From Paenibacillus sp. (GTDB lineage: Bacteria; Bacillota; Bacilli; Paenibacillales; Paenibacillaceae), in assembly GCA_023512345.1 (NCBI GenBank), contig JAILZT010000001.1:290084-354083 (forward strand): DNA of 64,000 nt, given 5' to 3'. The position numbers were made by a program, and so were the translations under genes. Shown here piece by piece: positions 9,548-18,127 of this stretch. Positions within the stretch are counted from its first letter, which is position 1. Each line of letters opens with the position of its first letter. The notes beneath the pieces were generated by a model. The model ran no database searches. It had not been told where the DNA came from and worked only from the letters and a program-made list of their open reading frames with translations.

Positions 9548-10420
9548 CTACATATTTAGCATCATGAACGCCGGTGTTCCCACCAGTACAATTACGATTA
9601 GAAAAATAATAACCATCGGAAAAACCAGCTTAGCGGAAGCCTGCTCCCCACGTGTCCTGCTAATAGACTTTCGTTTCTCCCATAACATCCGGGACAAGTC
9701 CCTTAGGGATAAAGCAAAATCGCCTCCGCCTCTACGATAGTTAAGTAATACGGTTGTAGTGAACAGAGACACCTCCTGCACTGCGCAGCGCTTACTGAAA
9801 TTTTCAAAAGCCTGCTGGAAGGAATACCCGCTCTCCCATTCACTGATCATAGTCAGTAATTCTCGATATAATGGATGACTTGTATCTCCTTTACGACTTG
9901 CTGAACACCGGACTAGAGTTCGCTGAACGGTCTCACCTGCACCCACCAGAAGTACAATACTATTCAGCAGCTCCGGGAGCTCAAGTATCATCTGCTGTTC
10001 CCGAAGCTTAACCTTTTTGTGCAAATCACTAACCAGTGCAATTGGTATAGCCACTGCCAGAAATACACCTAAGATGATTCCTATCCGTTCCCCGCTAATC
10101 AGTGTCAGAGAGCAACCCGCAGCTAGCAGCAACCAGCTATAACTCAGCATCTCACCTAAAAAAAGCAAGGTTCGTTCTGGGCCATACCGAGTGCCTTGGC
10201 TTTTTTGCAGAGAACGTTGAATTCTAAAAATCATCGAGGGAAAATAGTTGATAATCCTGCTCTTTTCAACCAGTAACAGCAGAGGCTCACCTACCTTACG
10301 CAGCCGCAGTCCCTCCATAGGTAAGACCCGCAAATTGACATACCTGCTGCCATATTTCAAACGAAGCATCATCCATACACCCGCTAGAAGTAAAAGAATA
10401 GCTGCACAGATTCCATTCAT
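9548..10420 (-). CDS. tadC: type II secretion system F-family membrane protein (TadC-like)
   Basis: I place the start at the ATG at 10420 (MNGICAAILLL, SD GGTGGTGA upstream). It is a polytopic protein with a cytoplasmic helical domain, paired with a second GspF-like gene. Confidence 0.75.
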   Translation of the reverse strand: MNGICAAILLLLAGVWMMLRLKYGSRYVNLRVLPMEGLRLRKVGEPLLLLVEKSRIINYFPSMIFRIQRSLQKSQGTRYGPERTLLFLGEMLSYSWLLLAAGCSLTLISGERIGIILGVFLAVAIPIALVSDLHKKVKLREQQMILELPELLNSIVLLVGAGETVQRTLVRCSASRKGDTSHPLYRELLTMISEWESGYSFQQAFENFSKRCAVQEVSLFTTTVLLNYRRGGGDFALSLRDLSRMLWEKRKSISRTRGEQASAKLVFPMVIIFLIVIVLVGTPAFMMLNM

Positions 10421-10434
10421 TGTTTCACCACCCT

Positions 10435-11205
10435 TCAAAGTGGAATGTCCATGATCTTGGATATCCAGAGATAACACAGAAACAACGCAGCCAACGCTAA
10501 TGTGGAGATTGCAACACCTGCCCCCGTATACATAGGCTCCATATAGTCACCCGCTGTTAGACTCATGAACAGCACCATAGCTAGCGGAGAAACCAGCAGC
10601 GCCTTGGACTCGAACTTCTTCTGAGCAACTGTAACGGCTATTTCCTGCTGAATATCCAGCTTCTCACTGATAACGGTTGAGGTGCGTCGCACTATTTCAA
10701 CTAGATCACCCCCAGTACGTTTGCAGACTGTGAATACATCAGCGAAACGTTCGATATCCTCCATCCCCGCTCTTCTGCTGAAATCATGCAGGGCTTCCTC
10801 CACAGGCTGTGCGTACTCCAGACGGGTACAAATAATATTCAGCTCAGCAATCATGTCACTGCCGCCTTCCGGGTCGAGCATAAGCAGGTCCTGCACAGCC
10901 TCCCGAAAAGCATTCTCTACCGACCTTCCTGCAGACAACGAGGAGGATAACGAAAATAGGGTCTGCTTGAAATGTAAATTGAGTGCTGCACGCCGCCTTT
11001 TCATCAGATAGTCTCTTAAAAGCCTGGGTGAGTACGCACCGAAGGGTACCAAAGCAAGAGACAAGATCCAGTGGTGATAGAAAAGATAACCAATGCCGAA
11101 CAGCAGCAGACCGCCTATTACCACAGATGTGACTTTTTGCAGTAAGGTCAGTTCATAGACTGTATAGATTGGGAGTGATTGAATATCGCCTCCTTTACTC
11201 ATCAA
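10435..11205 (-). CDS. tadB: type II secretion system F-family membrane protein (TadB-like)
   Basis: 256-aa ORF whose ATGA overlaps the tadA stop. TM-cytoplasmic domain-TM architecture. Confidence 0.75.
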   Translation of the reverse strand: MMSKGGDIQSLPIYTVYELTLLQKVTSVVIGGLLLFGIGYLFYHHWILSLALVPFGAYSPRLLRDYLMKRRRAALNLHFKQTLFSLSSSLSAGRSVENAFREAVQDLLMLDPEGGSDMIAELNIICTRLEYAQPVEEALHDFSRRAGMEDIERFADVFTVCKRTGGDLVEIVRRTSTVISEKLDIQQEIAVTVAQKKFESKALLVSPLAMVLFMSLTAGDYMEPMYTGAGVAISTLALAALFLCYLWISKIMDIPL

Positions 11206-12458
11206 CTTCCTCCCATTCCTAATTCAAATCGAGTTAAAGGATGAACAGTAATTCCAGCCATTCGAAGCTTAATCGTATGCAGCAACGGATTTTCGGTTGG
11301 ACGCAGTCCACCTTGTATCCGGCCGCCTTGTTCGCCGGTCTCCTGAAACTCGTATATTGGATTAAGCTGTACTTCTCCATCCCGTAATCCAGCAACCTCA
11401 CTAATCTCCAACACCCGACGCGTACGATCCCTCAATCTGGATAAATGTACGAAGATATCAATAGCCGAGCCAATCTGCTGCCTTACCACAGCGACTGGTA
11501 AATCCGCTCCACTAAGTACCATTGTCTCCAGGCGGCTGACCATGTCTCTGCAACTGTTGGAATGGCCCGTTGACAACGATCCATCATGTCCCGTATTCAT
11601 CGCCTGCAGCATGTCCAAGCATTCCGCGCCACGAACCTCCCCGACCACAATCCGATTGGGTCTCATCCGCAGGGAAGAACGAATCAGGTCCCGGATGGTG
11701 ATCTCCCCCTTGCCCTCCGTGTTAACGTTCCGCGTCTCCAGCGAGACTAGATTCGGTACGGTTACAATTTGTAGTTCGGCAGAGTCTTCAATGGTGATAA
11801 CTCGTTCCTGTGGGGGAATGAACTGGGATAAGGCATTAAGAAAAGTGGTTTTACCAGAGCCAGTACCCCCGCTTATAAAAATATTATATTTGGCCGCAAC
11901 CAAAATCTGCAGAAGCTCTGCTGCCTCCGGACTCAGTGCATCACGGCGCACCAGATCATCCATAGTCATCGGAGATTCCGGAAATTTCCGGATCGTCATC
12001 GCAGGGCCCTTTAGTGCAACCGGAGGCAACACAATATTCACCCGGGAACCGTCCTTTAACCTTGCATCCACTATGGGTGAAGATTCGTTCACCACCCTGT
12101 TGACACCTGATACTACACTCTGGATAATATCCTCTAGTCTGCTTGCCGATTCGAAAGCCAGCGGAAGCCGGCGGATCTGCCCTTCCTCCTCTATGAAAAT
12201 ATCCTTGTGGCTGTTAATCATTATTTCAGTGATGGCGGGATTATCGACCAACGGCTGTAATATATCCAATCCACGGAAAGAATCGAACAGCCTTCTTACA
12301 AGCTCAAGCTTCTCCTGAGCCGTTAAGTGCATGAGACTTTCCCGTTCAAACGTTGTCCTTTCGATATGCGTAAGAAGTTCACGGTTATCTACTGTCGAGG
12401 TAACATTAAGCCCTTCGCGAATGTCATTGCGCAGCTTCCTGAATGTCTCTTCATTCAT
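11202..12458 (-). CDS. tadA: Tad/Flp pilus assembly ATPase (CpaF/TadA, VirB11-like secretion ATPase)
   Basis: 418-aa ORF with Walker A ISGGTGSGKTTFLNAL, an Asp box ERVITIEDSAEL, Walker B RIVVGEVRG and a His box GHDGSLSTGH. Confidence 0.9.
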   Translation of the reverse strand: MNEETFRKLRNDIREGLNVTSTVDNRELLTHIERTTFERESLMHLTAQEKLELVRRLFDSFRGLDILQPLVDNPAITEIMINSHKDIFIEEEGQIRRLPLAFESASRLEDIIQSVVSGVNRVVNESSPIVDARLKDGSRVNIVLPPVALKGPAMTIRKFPESPMTMDDLVRRDALSPEAAELLQILVAAKYNIFISGGTGSGKTTFLNALSQFIPPQERVITIEDSAELQIVTVPNLVSLETRNVNTEGKGEITIRDLIRSSLRMRPNRIVVGEVRGAECLDMLQAMNTGHDGSLSTGHSNSCRDMVSRLETMVLSGADLPVAVVRQQIGSAIDIFVHLSRLRDRTRRVLEISEVAGLRDGEVQLNPIYEFQETGEQGGRIQGGLRPTENPLLHTIKLRMAGITVHPLTRFELGMGGS

Positions 12459-13617
12459 AGCTGCTCCCTAAGGCGAATGCCTGCGGTAATATCGGCTCTA
12501 ACATTCTCCTGCACAACTGGAGAATCTCCCGCTTAAAATGGGGAGAATTCAAGCATAGCTCCCCGCGATGAGGCTCATTCCAAGAAGAGATATGCGGCAG
12601 AATACATTCTAACGCTATTCCCTCGAGAGGCAGCCTATCCCCAGATGAATCTGTACAACAATTTAATACAACCCCGCTCCTGTCTATCAGACCCGGCGGC
12701 ATGCCAGAATGCGAGCTGCTATAATGGGCTATCCACTTCCCAGTTTTATGCCTACTGACCTCATCATCCCTAAGTACCCACAGCAGAACTCCGCATTTCT
12801 CCATCACAGCTTCTGTACGCTCTTCACCGATACTTCCCGTATCTATAATCACAACGTCATAACACCCGCCGGAGCAGAGCAGCTCCAACAAATCGAGAGT
12901 ATCTCTCCTGTTCATTTGCAGCATTTCTTTTACATTGCTAACGGGCTTAAAAGCATCACAGCGAAGATCATCATGGCGTACCGCATAGCTCCGAATCTCA
13001 CTATTGATTCCTGTCTCAGAGTCTCTGTTAGCCTGAATTTCATAGAGCAATCTCTCTAAACCCGGCATATTGCTTCCAAGTGAGCGAAGATATAAGCTAC
13101 TACTATCTACACTCTCAAGATTGAGGTAAAAGACAGACAAACCAAGATCACTAAGCTGCTTAGCTATATTCAGGGCGATCACCGTTTTACCGCTGCTTCC
13201 ACTTCCTGATACTACTCCGAGTAAAAGAGTCTCATCCCCTGCCGACCCGCATGCCCTTGTTCGATCCACTTCACATAACTGCAGCATAGAGGCTAGCAGT
13301 GAAGGGAGTGCCTGATACTTTGCAATAACTTGACCGGCAGATATACTCTTACTAATTCTCCCGACCATCTCTCCTTCCTCACTAAGTACGGCCCAAGGAA
13401 CTGAAGCTCTTCCCTCCACCAACCAGGCCTCAATAAATACTGGATCTCCAACTACGGCGCCCGGCACCTCCTCCCCCTTCATATATTCCATAAAGGCATC
13501 CATCCTGCTAAAAGCAGTAATGTGTAATCTGTCTCCATATTCGCTGTGATGAACATAGTGCAATAATGGCTCAATATACTGACTTTCTCTTACAGCAAGT
13601 ACAATTCTTACGGCCAT
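12451..13617 (-). CDS. TadZ/CpaE-like ParA/MinD-family ATPase with a receiver-like N-terminal domain
   Basis: 388-aa ORF, first gene of the operon. It has a deviant P-loop GVVSGSGSSGKTVIALNIAKQL and an N-terminal ~100 aa with a receiver-like fold pattern (IVLAVRESQY...). Confidence 0.65.
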   Translation of the reverse strand: MAVRIVLAVRESQYIEPLLHYVHHSEYGDRLHITAFSRMDAFMEYMKGEEVPGAVVGDPVFIEAWLVEGRASVPWAVLSEEGEMVGRISKSISAGQVIAKYQALPSLLASMLQLCEVDRTRACGSAGDETLLLGVVSGSGSSGKTVIALNIAKQLSDLGLSVFYLNLESVDSSSLYLRSLGSNMPGLERLLYEIQANRDSETGINSEIRSYAVRHDDLRCDAFKPVSNVKEMLQMNRRDTLDLLELLCSGGCYDVVIIDTGSIGEERTEAVMEKCGVLLWVLRDDEVSRHKTGKWIAHYSSSHSGMPPGLIDRSGVVLNCCTDSSGDRLPLEGIALECILPHISSWNEPHRGELCLNSPHFKREILQLCRRMLEPILPQAFALGSSYE

Positions 13618-13633
13618 CCAATCCCTCCATCCC

Positions 13634-13694
13634 TAAAAAAAGACAGCAAAAAAGCACCGCCAATAACCGTGTGAAACGGTTATAGAACGGTGCT
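13634..13694 (-). terminator. intrinsic-terminator-like hairpin inside the tad operon leader
   Basis: The minus strand reads AGCACCG-TTCT-ATAACCGT-TTCAC-ACGGTTAT-TGG-CGGTGCT followed by TTTTTTGCTGTCTTTTTTT. It lies 17-80 nt upstream of the tadZ-like ATG (13617) and downstream of the predicted promoter. Confidence 0.6.
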
Positions 13695-13722
13695 TCCGTT
13701 ACTATTCCTTTAATTTACAGCT

Positions 13723-13751
13723 ATAGTAGCATATATACAGGCAGTCATCAA
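13723..13751 (-). promoter_or_regulatory. sigma-A-like promoter of the tad operon
   Basis: Minus strand TTGATG (13751-13746), 17-nt spacer, TACTAT (13728-13723). Confidence 0.45.
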
Positions 13752-13830
13752 TGATTATTTTTTCACAAACAATTTATATAACTTTAGTGCAGCACACAGG
13801 CTATAATCTACGATAAGGAGTGAGAACATC

Positions 13831-14382
13831 ATGAACAATCAATTTCCCTTAAAGGCAGTGCTGCTGCTTACTTTACTGCTGATGCTGATCGGATGTCAGC
13901 CTGTCCCACAAGAAACGGCTGCCAACCGAACCTCCGTAGAGCTCATACGGCCCATTGATGGAGATACGCTAAGTGTTGAATATAACGGAAAGAAAGAGAA
14001 AGTCAGGCTGCTGCTGGTAGATACCCCTGAATTAACAAACCCCAATTACGGGAAAGAGCCCTATGCGCAGGACGCCAAGGATTTTACAGCCAAGCTTTTA
14101 CAAGAGGCAGACGTTTTGGAGTTAGAATTTGATGACGGACCTGAGCGCGATAAATACTCACGTTTGCTGGCCTATGTGTATGTGGATGGTACTATGCTGC
14201 AGGAGGCTTTATTGGAGGAGGGACTGGCACGGGTGGCTTATATTTATCCGCCTAATGTAAGATACGTAGATATGTTCCAACAAATCGAAGCTGACAGTCA
14301 GGCTCAAGCTACTGGCATCTGGAGTGTAGAGGATTACGCACAGAGGGATGGGTTTCATCCGGAGGAAATTCTCAATCCATAA
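13831..14382 (+). CDS. secreted thermonuclease (staphylococcal nuclease fold) lipoprotein
   Basis: 183-aa ORF with lipobox LLMLIGC. The SNase motifs are IDGDTL...VRLLLVDTPE...PYAQDAKDF...DKYSRLLAYVYVDG...LLEEGLARV. Confidence 0.85.
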   Translation: MNNQFPLKAVLLLTLLLMLIGCQPVPQETAANRTSVELIRPIDGDTLSVEYNGKKEKVRLLLVDTPELTNPNYGKEPYAQDAKDFTAKLLQEADVLELEFDDGPERDKYSRLLAYVYVDGTMLQEALLEEGLARVAYIYPPNVRYVDMFQQIEADSQAQATGIWSVEDYAQRDGFHPEEILNP

Positions 14383-14395
14383 TTAATAATGGGAG

Positions 14396-14839
14396 TTATA
14401 GAAATCTCCGCCGAATATCGGGCGTGGGCAGCAGGCACTGCTCGTCCCGCCCAAACCAGCGGTATCGATTCCTCGCTACAAACCTATATAATACGTTCCG
14501 AAGCGGGGATGGCACCAAGATGAATAGATAAGCAGCAGGCCACGGAAATCGAAGCCTAAGGGCTATTCGAAGCACTGCCGCCGACTCCGTGTAATACTTA
14601 CCATTCTCAATTACTACAACCGTACTTAATGACCCATTCTCCAAAATAACCCCATTGCTCTCTACCAGCTTCTGGGCAATTTCACTCTGCAGGGGAGCAA
14701 ACATGAACCTAGCCTTGGGGTCACGCGGAATAATGAAACGAACAAGCCCTTGGCACAAGTGACACACGCCATCGATTAGCACTATAGATTTACCTTCTAC
14801 ACTGGTTTGCAACCCAACCTGTCCCGGCTCTTCGCTCAT
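14396..14839 (-). CDS. thiol-disulfide oxidoreductase DCC family (DUF393)
   Basis: I take the ATG at 14839 (MSEEPGQ...) as the start. Motif: VLIDGVCHLCQGLVRFIIPRDPKARFMFAPLQS. Confidence 0.8.
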   Translation of the reverse strand: MSEEPGQVGLQTSVEGKSIVLIDGVCHLCQGLVRFIIPRDPKARFMFAPLQSEIAQKLVESNGVILENGSLSTVVVIENGKYYTESAAVLRIALRLRFPWPAAYLFILVPSPLRNVLYRFVARNRYRWFGRDEQCLLPTPDIRRRFL

Positions 14840-14890
14840 CCTACCCACACCCTTTCCTAGATAACAACAGTATATCCAAAAAAATAGGCA

Positions 14891-14919
14891 AAACAAAAAA
14901 CGCGGGAATCATCCCGCGC
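14891..14919 (-). terminator. rho-independent terminator downstream of the 95-aa gene
   Basis: The minus strand reads GCGCGGGATGATTCCCGCG followed by TTTTTTGTTTTG. Confidence 0.7.
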
Positions 14920-14950
14920 TTTCATATTCATTTCCATTCGATTCAGCTAA

Positions 14951-15238
14951 TTACTCAGCAATTGCCTTCTCGATCCATTGGTCACCAATCATTTGTCCTT
15001 CAAATTCAGGAGTAAATGCTTCCATGCATTTGCAAATGAAATCTTTGCGGCAAATCGGGCATGGTGTTTTAAGCAGGCGGCTGATGTTCGTCATTTTCCA
15101 TTCCGGAAACCGATTATAAAACACACGGCACTCCGTTCCATCAGCAAGCTTGATAATGAATTCGAACAACCCATCCTTATCATTGCTGCTCGCTTTGGTA
15201 ACATTCGTAATATTCGGTCTGTAAGACATCTTCATCAC
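14951..15238 (-). CDS. hypothetical small Cys-rich protein
   Basis: 95-aa ORF with a CPICRKDFICKC cluster and its own terminator. There is no clear SD, the start is uncertain and the family is not recognised. Confidence 0.5.
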   Translation of the reverse strand: MMKMSYRPNITNVTKASSNDKDGLFEFIIKLADGTECRVFYNRFPEWKMTNISRLLKTPCPICRKDFICKCMEAFTPEFEGQMIGDQWIEKAIAE

Positions 15239-15429
15239 CCATTATTTAAATTTTTGTTTGTTAAATTGTACACGCGACATAATCAGATACTTAGACATAT
15301 TAAAGAATTTTAGGGGGGATGTCAACCAAAGCAGTCTCTGTACCGTCTAATTGTAACTCTTTTCACATTACATTGTCTCTTTTTAGCCATTATTTCCATA
15401 ATAGATCTTAAATACCCGCTTCTTACTGT

Positions 15430-15457
15430 TTGACTCTCCCCATAAATAGTGTAAAAT
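15430..15457 (+). promoter_or_regulatory. sigma-A-like promoter upstream of the glutathione peroxidase gene
   Basis: TTGACT (15430-15435), 16-nt spacer with a TG extension, TAAAAT (15452-15457). Confidence 0.5.
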
Positions 15458-15523
15458 TAAATTGTGATAAATGTATGTTCGGAAAATGATGAATATCCAT
15501 AAAACTATTAGGAGGCATCATCC

Positions 15524-16003
15524 ATGAGTATTTATGATTTTGAAGCCCACACCCTTCGCGGTGAAGAGGAATCGTTGTCTAAGTATAAGGATAAAGTACT
15601 GCTCGTTGTGAATACAGCCAGTAAATGTGGTTTTTCTCCCCAGTATAAAGGCCTTCAAGAAGTGTACGAAAAATTCAAAGACCGCGGTTTTGAAGTCCTT
15701 GGGTTCCCAAGCAACCAATTTGCCGGTCAAGAGCCAGGTCAGAGTGAGGACATTGCCGAGTTCTGTGAGATTAATTACGGGGTCACCTTTCCCATGTTTG
15801 AAAAAGTTGACGTCAAGGGCAGCGAAGCTCATCCCCTATTCCAGTACTTATCCAAAGAAGCTCCTGGTGTTTTGGGATCCAAAAGCATTAAATGGAATTT
15901 CACCAAGTTCCTTGTCGATCGTGAAGGCCGCGTGTTGAAGCGTTTTTCTCCACAAACTACTCCGGATCAGATCGAAGCCGACATCGCTAAACTGCTGGAC
16001 TAA
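15524..16003 (+). CDS. glutathione peroxidase family protein
   Basis: 159-aa [19 protein letters not shown]...[14 protein letters not shown]...[14 protein letters not shown] is the canonical GPx (BsaA-like) pattern. Confidence 0.9.
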   Translation: MSIYDFEAHTLRGEEESLSKYKDKVLLVVNTASKCGFSPQYKGLQEVYEKFKDRGFEVLGFPSNQFAGQEPGQSEDIAEFCEINYGVTFPMFEKVDVKGSEAHPLFQYLSKEAPGVLGSKSIKWNFTKFLVDREGRVLKRFSPQTTPDQIEADIAKLLD

Positions 16004-16015
16004 TCCATACGATAA

Positions 16016-16070
16016 AAGGATACTCTCCCAAAACAGTTCTTGAACTGACGGGTGAGTATCCTTTTTTTTG
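16016..16070 (+). terminator. rho-independent terminator
   Basis: AAGGATACTC ... GAGTATCCTT followed by TTTTTTTG. Confidence 0.75.
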
Positions 16071-16185
16071 TGCAGATAATAAATGTATTCGTTCAACTTA
16101 CCACTGAAATAAAACAGCGATTATACAAAGAAAGGCTGGTAGATCCTGTATATAGAGTATGGACTTCTTGGCGCAGGATATATCA

Positions 16186-16229
16186 ACAAAAAAAGACTAC
16201 ATCCTCAGCTATCGCATGAAGATGCAGTC
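16186..16229 (-). terminator. rho-independent terminator of the lyase/GH88 operon
   Basis: The minus strand reads GACTGCATCTTC...GAGGATGTAGTC followed by TTTTTTTGTTG, just after the stop at 16237. Confidence 0.7.
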
Positions 16230-16236
16230 AATCCTT

Positions 16237-18117
16237 CTACTGTATCGTGATAATAATTTCCGTTCCTTCCGTGGTCAGAACCGTAATGCTATCATCCGCA
16301 AAAGTAACGTTCAATAAGGACTCCGGAGATTGATCCAGAATAGTACCCGCTCCGTTTGAACGATGAGCTGAAGAAGGATCCGTCGGATCACCGTATACGG
16401 CCGAGGCCAGCCAGTGAATTCCGGGCTCAAGGGACACCGTCAGTGTAGGCAAAACTGTCCGAGGACGAAGCAGGTTCGTGTTGGCATTAGGCATGATCAG
16501 CTCTGCTCTCCCGTAACCCATCAATCCCTTAATTCCGCTGGTTCCCCAAGCCGTAGATGCTGCAGTTCCTGAACTGTCTGACTGCTGCGCAAGCTCTGTT
16601 TCGTGCCCCAAGGAGAAACCGCCTTCTGCGGCATCCAGCGCACGGCCAGTCGCGATCCGGTGAATCCGGATATGCCACGGCAGCCCAGCTATGACCCAGG
16701 TACGGACCTCCACGTCAGACCATGGCTTCCAGACAGAATGCAGGACATTGTCCGTGATTACAGACTCGAGATTCCGGCGTCTGACCCGGTAAAGATTGTC
16801 CCCGCCTTCGCTAAGCGCAAGCATGGAATCAAACGCTCCCTGAGACAATCCCCATTCGGAACGGGGCACGCTGAACCCGAAGCCTGTTGAATAGACGAAT
16901 TTCTCGTATTTAGCCGATGTATGGGTATGCTCATTGGTGTATAAGTGTCCGCTGTTAAAGGCCGCTACATGACTGGAAGCTGGCTCACGGACTAGGACAA
17001 GATGCGCAGACTTCTGCACCATAATTGCCGGGATTTCCGGCAGCGGCAGCTCCTCTTCACGCCAGAATGGATGCTCCGCACCGAGCGCCAGCGGCAGGAA
17101 TGTCTTCAGTGCCCAGTATGGAGAACCTGGAGCATTATAATTCTCCGCCATGACCAGATTCGGATAAGCATATCCGATGGTCAGCACGCCATCCGCATCA
17201 ACAATCGGCTGGCTGAACCACCAGCGGAGATTGCGCAGAACCAGCCCTTTGACCACTCCGGCAGGGAGTCCATCAACGTCCGCATATGCGAAGGCACTCC
17301 AGAAGGCCGACTGGGCAAAACGGTAACTCAAGCTACGCCCGTAAGGAAGCGCGGAGCCATCCGGGGCGAACCAGCCCAGAAATTCAGCGGCGAACAGCCG
17401 GGCACGTTCTTTAAACACACGTGAGCGTTCTGGGTCCTCCTTATTCATCAGCTTCGCGTACAGCAGCGCGTAGTAATGAATTGCGAACGGCCCATAATAA
17501 TCACTGTGTCCGTTAATTCCGTCGCTGTACCAGCCCTCGCCTAGATAGAAAACATCCATCCGCTTCAGATTGTTCTCTAACTGCACCGCATCGTAGGGAC
17601 GGCCGATTGTACGGAACCCGACATTAACCAGCACGTTGAAGAACAGCCAGTTGCAGTCATAGCAAGGATGGGAGTTGATCTGATTCAGCCAGTTGTATAA
17701 GTGATCCTGCTCCTGAGGAGCAAGTGGTGACCAGATATGCTCCGGAATTGCTGCCAGAGCAAAGCCGAAGGCCGCCATCTCTACCAGACGCTGGTCGTAA
17801 TCCCGTACATCTCCCCAGTATTCTTCATGGGCAGGATCCGTGCCATGGCGTATGCCGTCCAGGATGGTATCCCAGATTTCGCTGTCCCCGCCTCCAATGA
17901 GCAGCGGAACCAATCCCCATAATACCCGGGAGAAGCCTTCCATTTCAGCAGTTGCTGCAGGATAACTTGCTCCTGATCTGCCAATTTCCAGTCTTGCACC
18001 GCCTTTGCTGTACAGCGGCCGAAGCGGACCCGTAAGTTGTTCAAGAGCGGTCAGGAGATCCTCACGCGTCTTCAGCGGATTGTCTGCAATCCGTGAAGTT
18101 GCTTTCTCGTTAGTCAT
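16237..18117 (-). CDS. DUF2264-type protein (long form, ~626 aa), putative glycan-processing enzyme
   Basis: I take the second ATG (18117), 5 nt after GGAGGA, as the start. The N-terminus NPLKTREDLLTALEQLTGPLRPLYSKGGARLEIG...MEGFSRVLWGLVPLL matches my memory of DUF2264 proteins. It is co-operonic with GH88 and a lyase. Confidence 0.6.
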   Translation of the reverse strand: MTNEKATSRIADNPLKTREDLLTALEQLTGPLRPLYSKGGARLEIGRSGASYPAATAEMEGFSRVLWGLVPLLIGGGDSEIWDTILDGIRHGTDPAHEEYWGDVRDYDQRLVEMAAFGFALAAIPEHIWSPLAPQEQDHLYNWLNQINSHPCYDCNWLFFNVLVNVGFRTIGRPYDAVQLENNLKRMDVFYLGEGWYSDGINGHSDYYGPFAIHYYALLYAKLMNKEDPERSRVFKERARLFAAEFLGWFAPDGSALPYGRSLSYRFAQSAFWSAFAYADVDGLPAGVVKGLVLRNLRWWFSQPIVDADGVLTIGYAYPNLVMAENYNAPGSPYWALKTFLPLALGAEHPFWREEELPLPEIPAIMVQKSAHLVLVREPASSHVAAFNSGHLYTNEHTHTSAKYEKFVYSTGFGFSVPRSEWGLSQGAFDSMLALSEGGDNLYRVRRRNLESVITDNVLHSVWKPWSDVEVRTWVIAGLPWHIRIHRIATGRALDAAEGGFSLGHETELAQQSDSSGTAASTAWGTSGIKGLMGYGRAELIMPNANTNLLRPRTVLPTLTVSLEPGIHWLASAVYGDPTDPSSAHRSNGAGTILDQSPESLLNVTFADDSITVLTTEGTEIIITIQ

Positions 18118-18127
18118 CATAGTCCTC

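Noticed and set aside
11542-12318. 258-aa plus-strand ORF antisense to tadA. Similar long shadow ORFs occur at 18338-18922, 19692-20207, 27084-27914, 28128-28745 and 28875-29711.
   Set aside because: All lie opposite genes with strong family motifs, have Ser/Arg/Pro-rich nonsense-like translations and lack translation signals. They are shadow ORFs.
13618-13722. c-di-GMP or another riboswitch in the tad leader.
   Set aside because: The leader between the predicted TSS and the terminator stem is only about 30 nt, too short for any aptamer I know. I saw no conserved riboswitch core motifs. It is kept only as a plain leader terminator.
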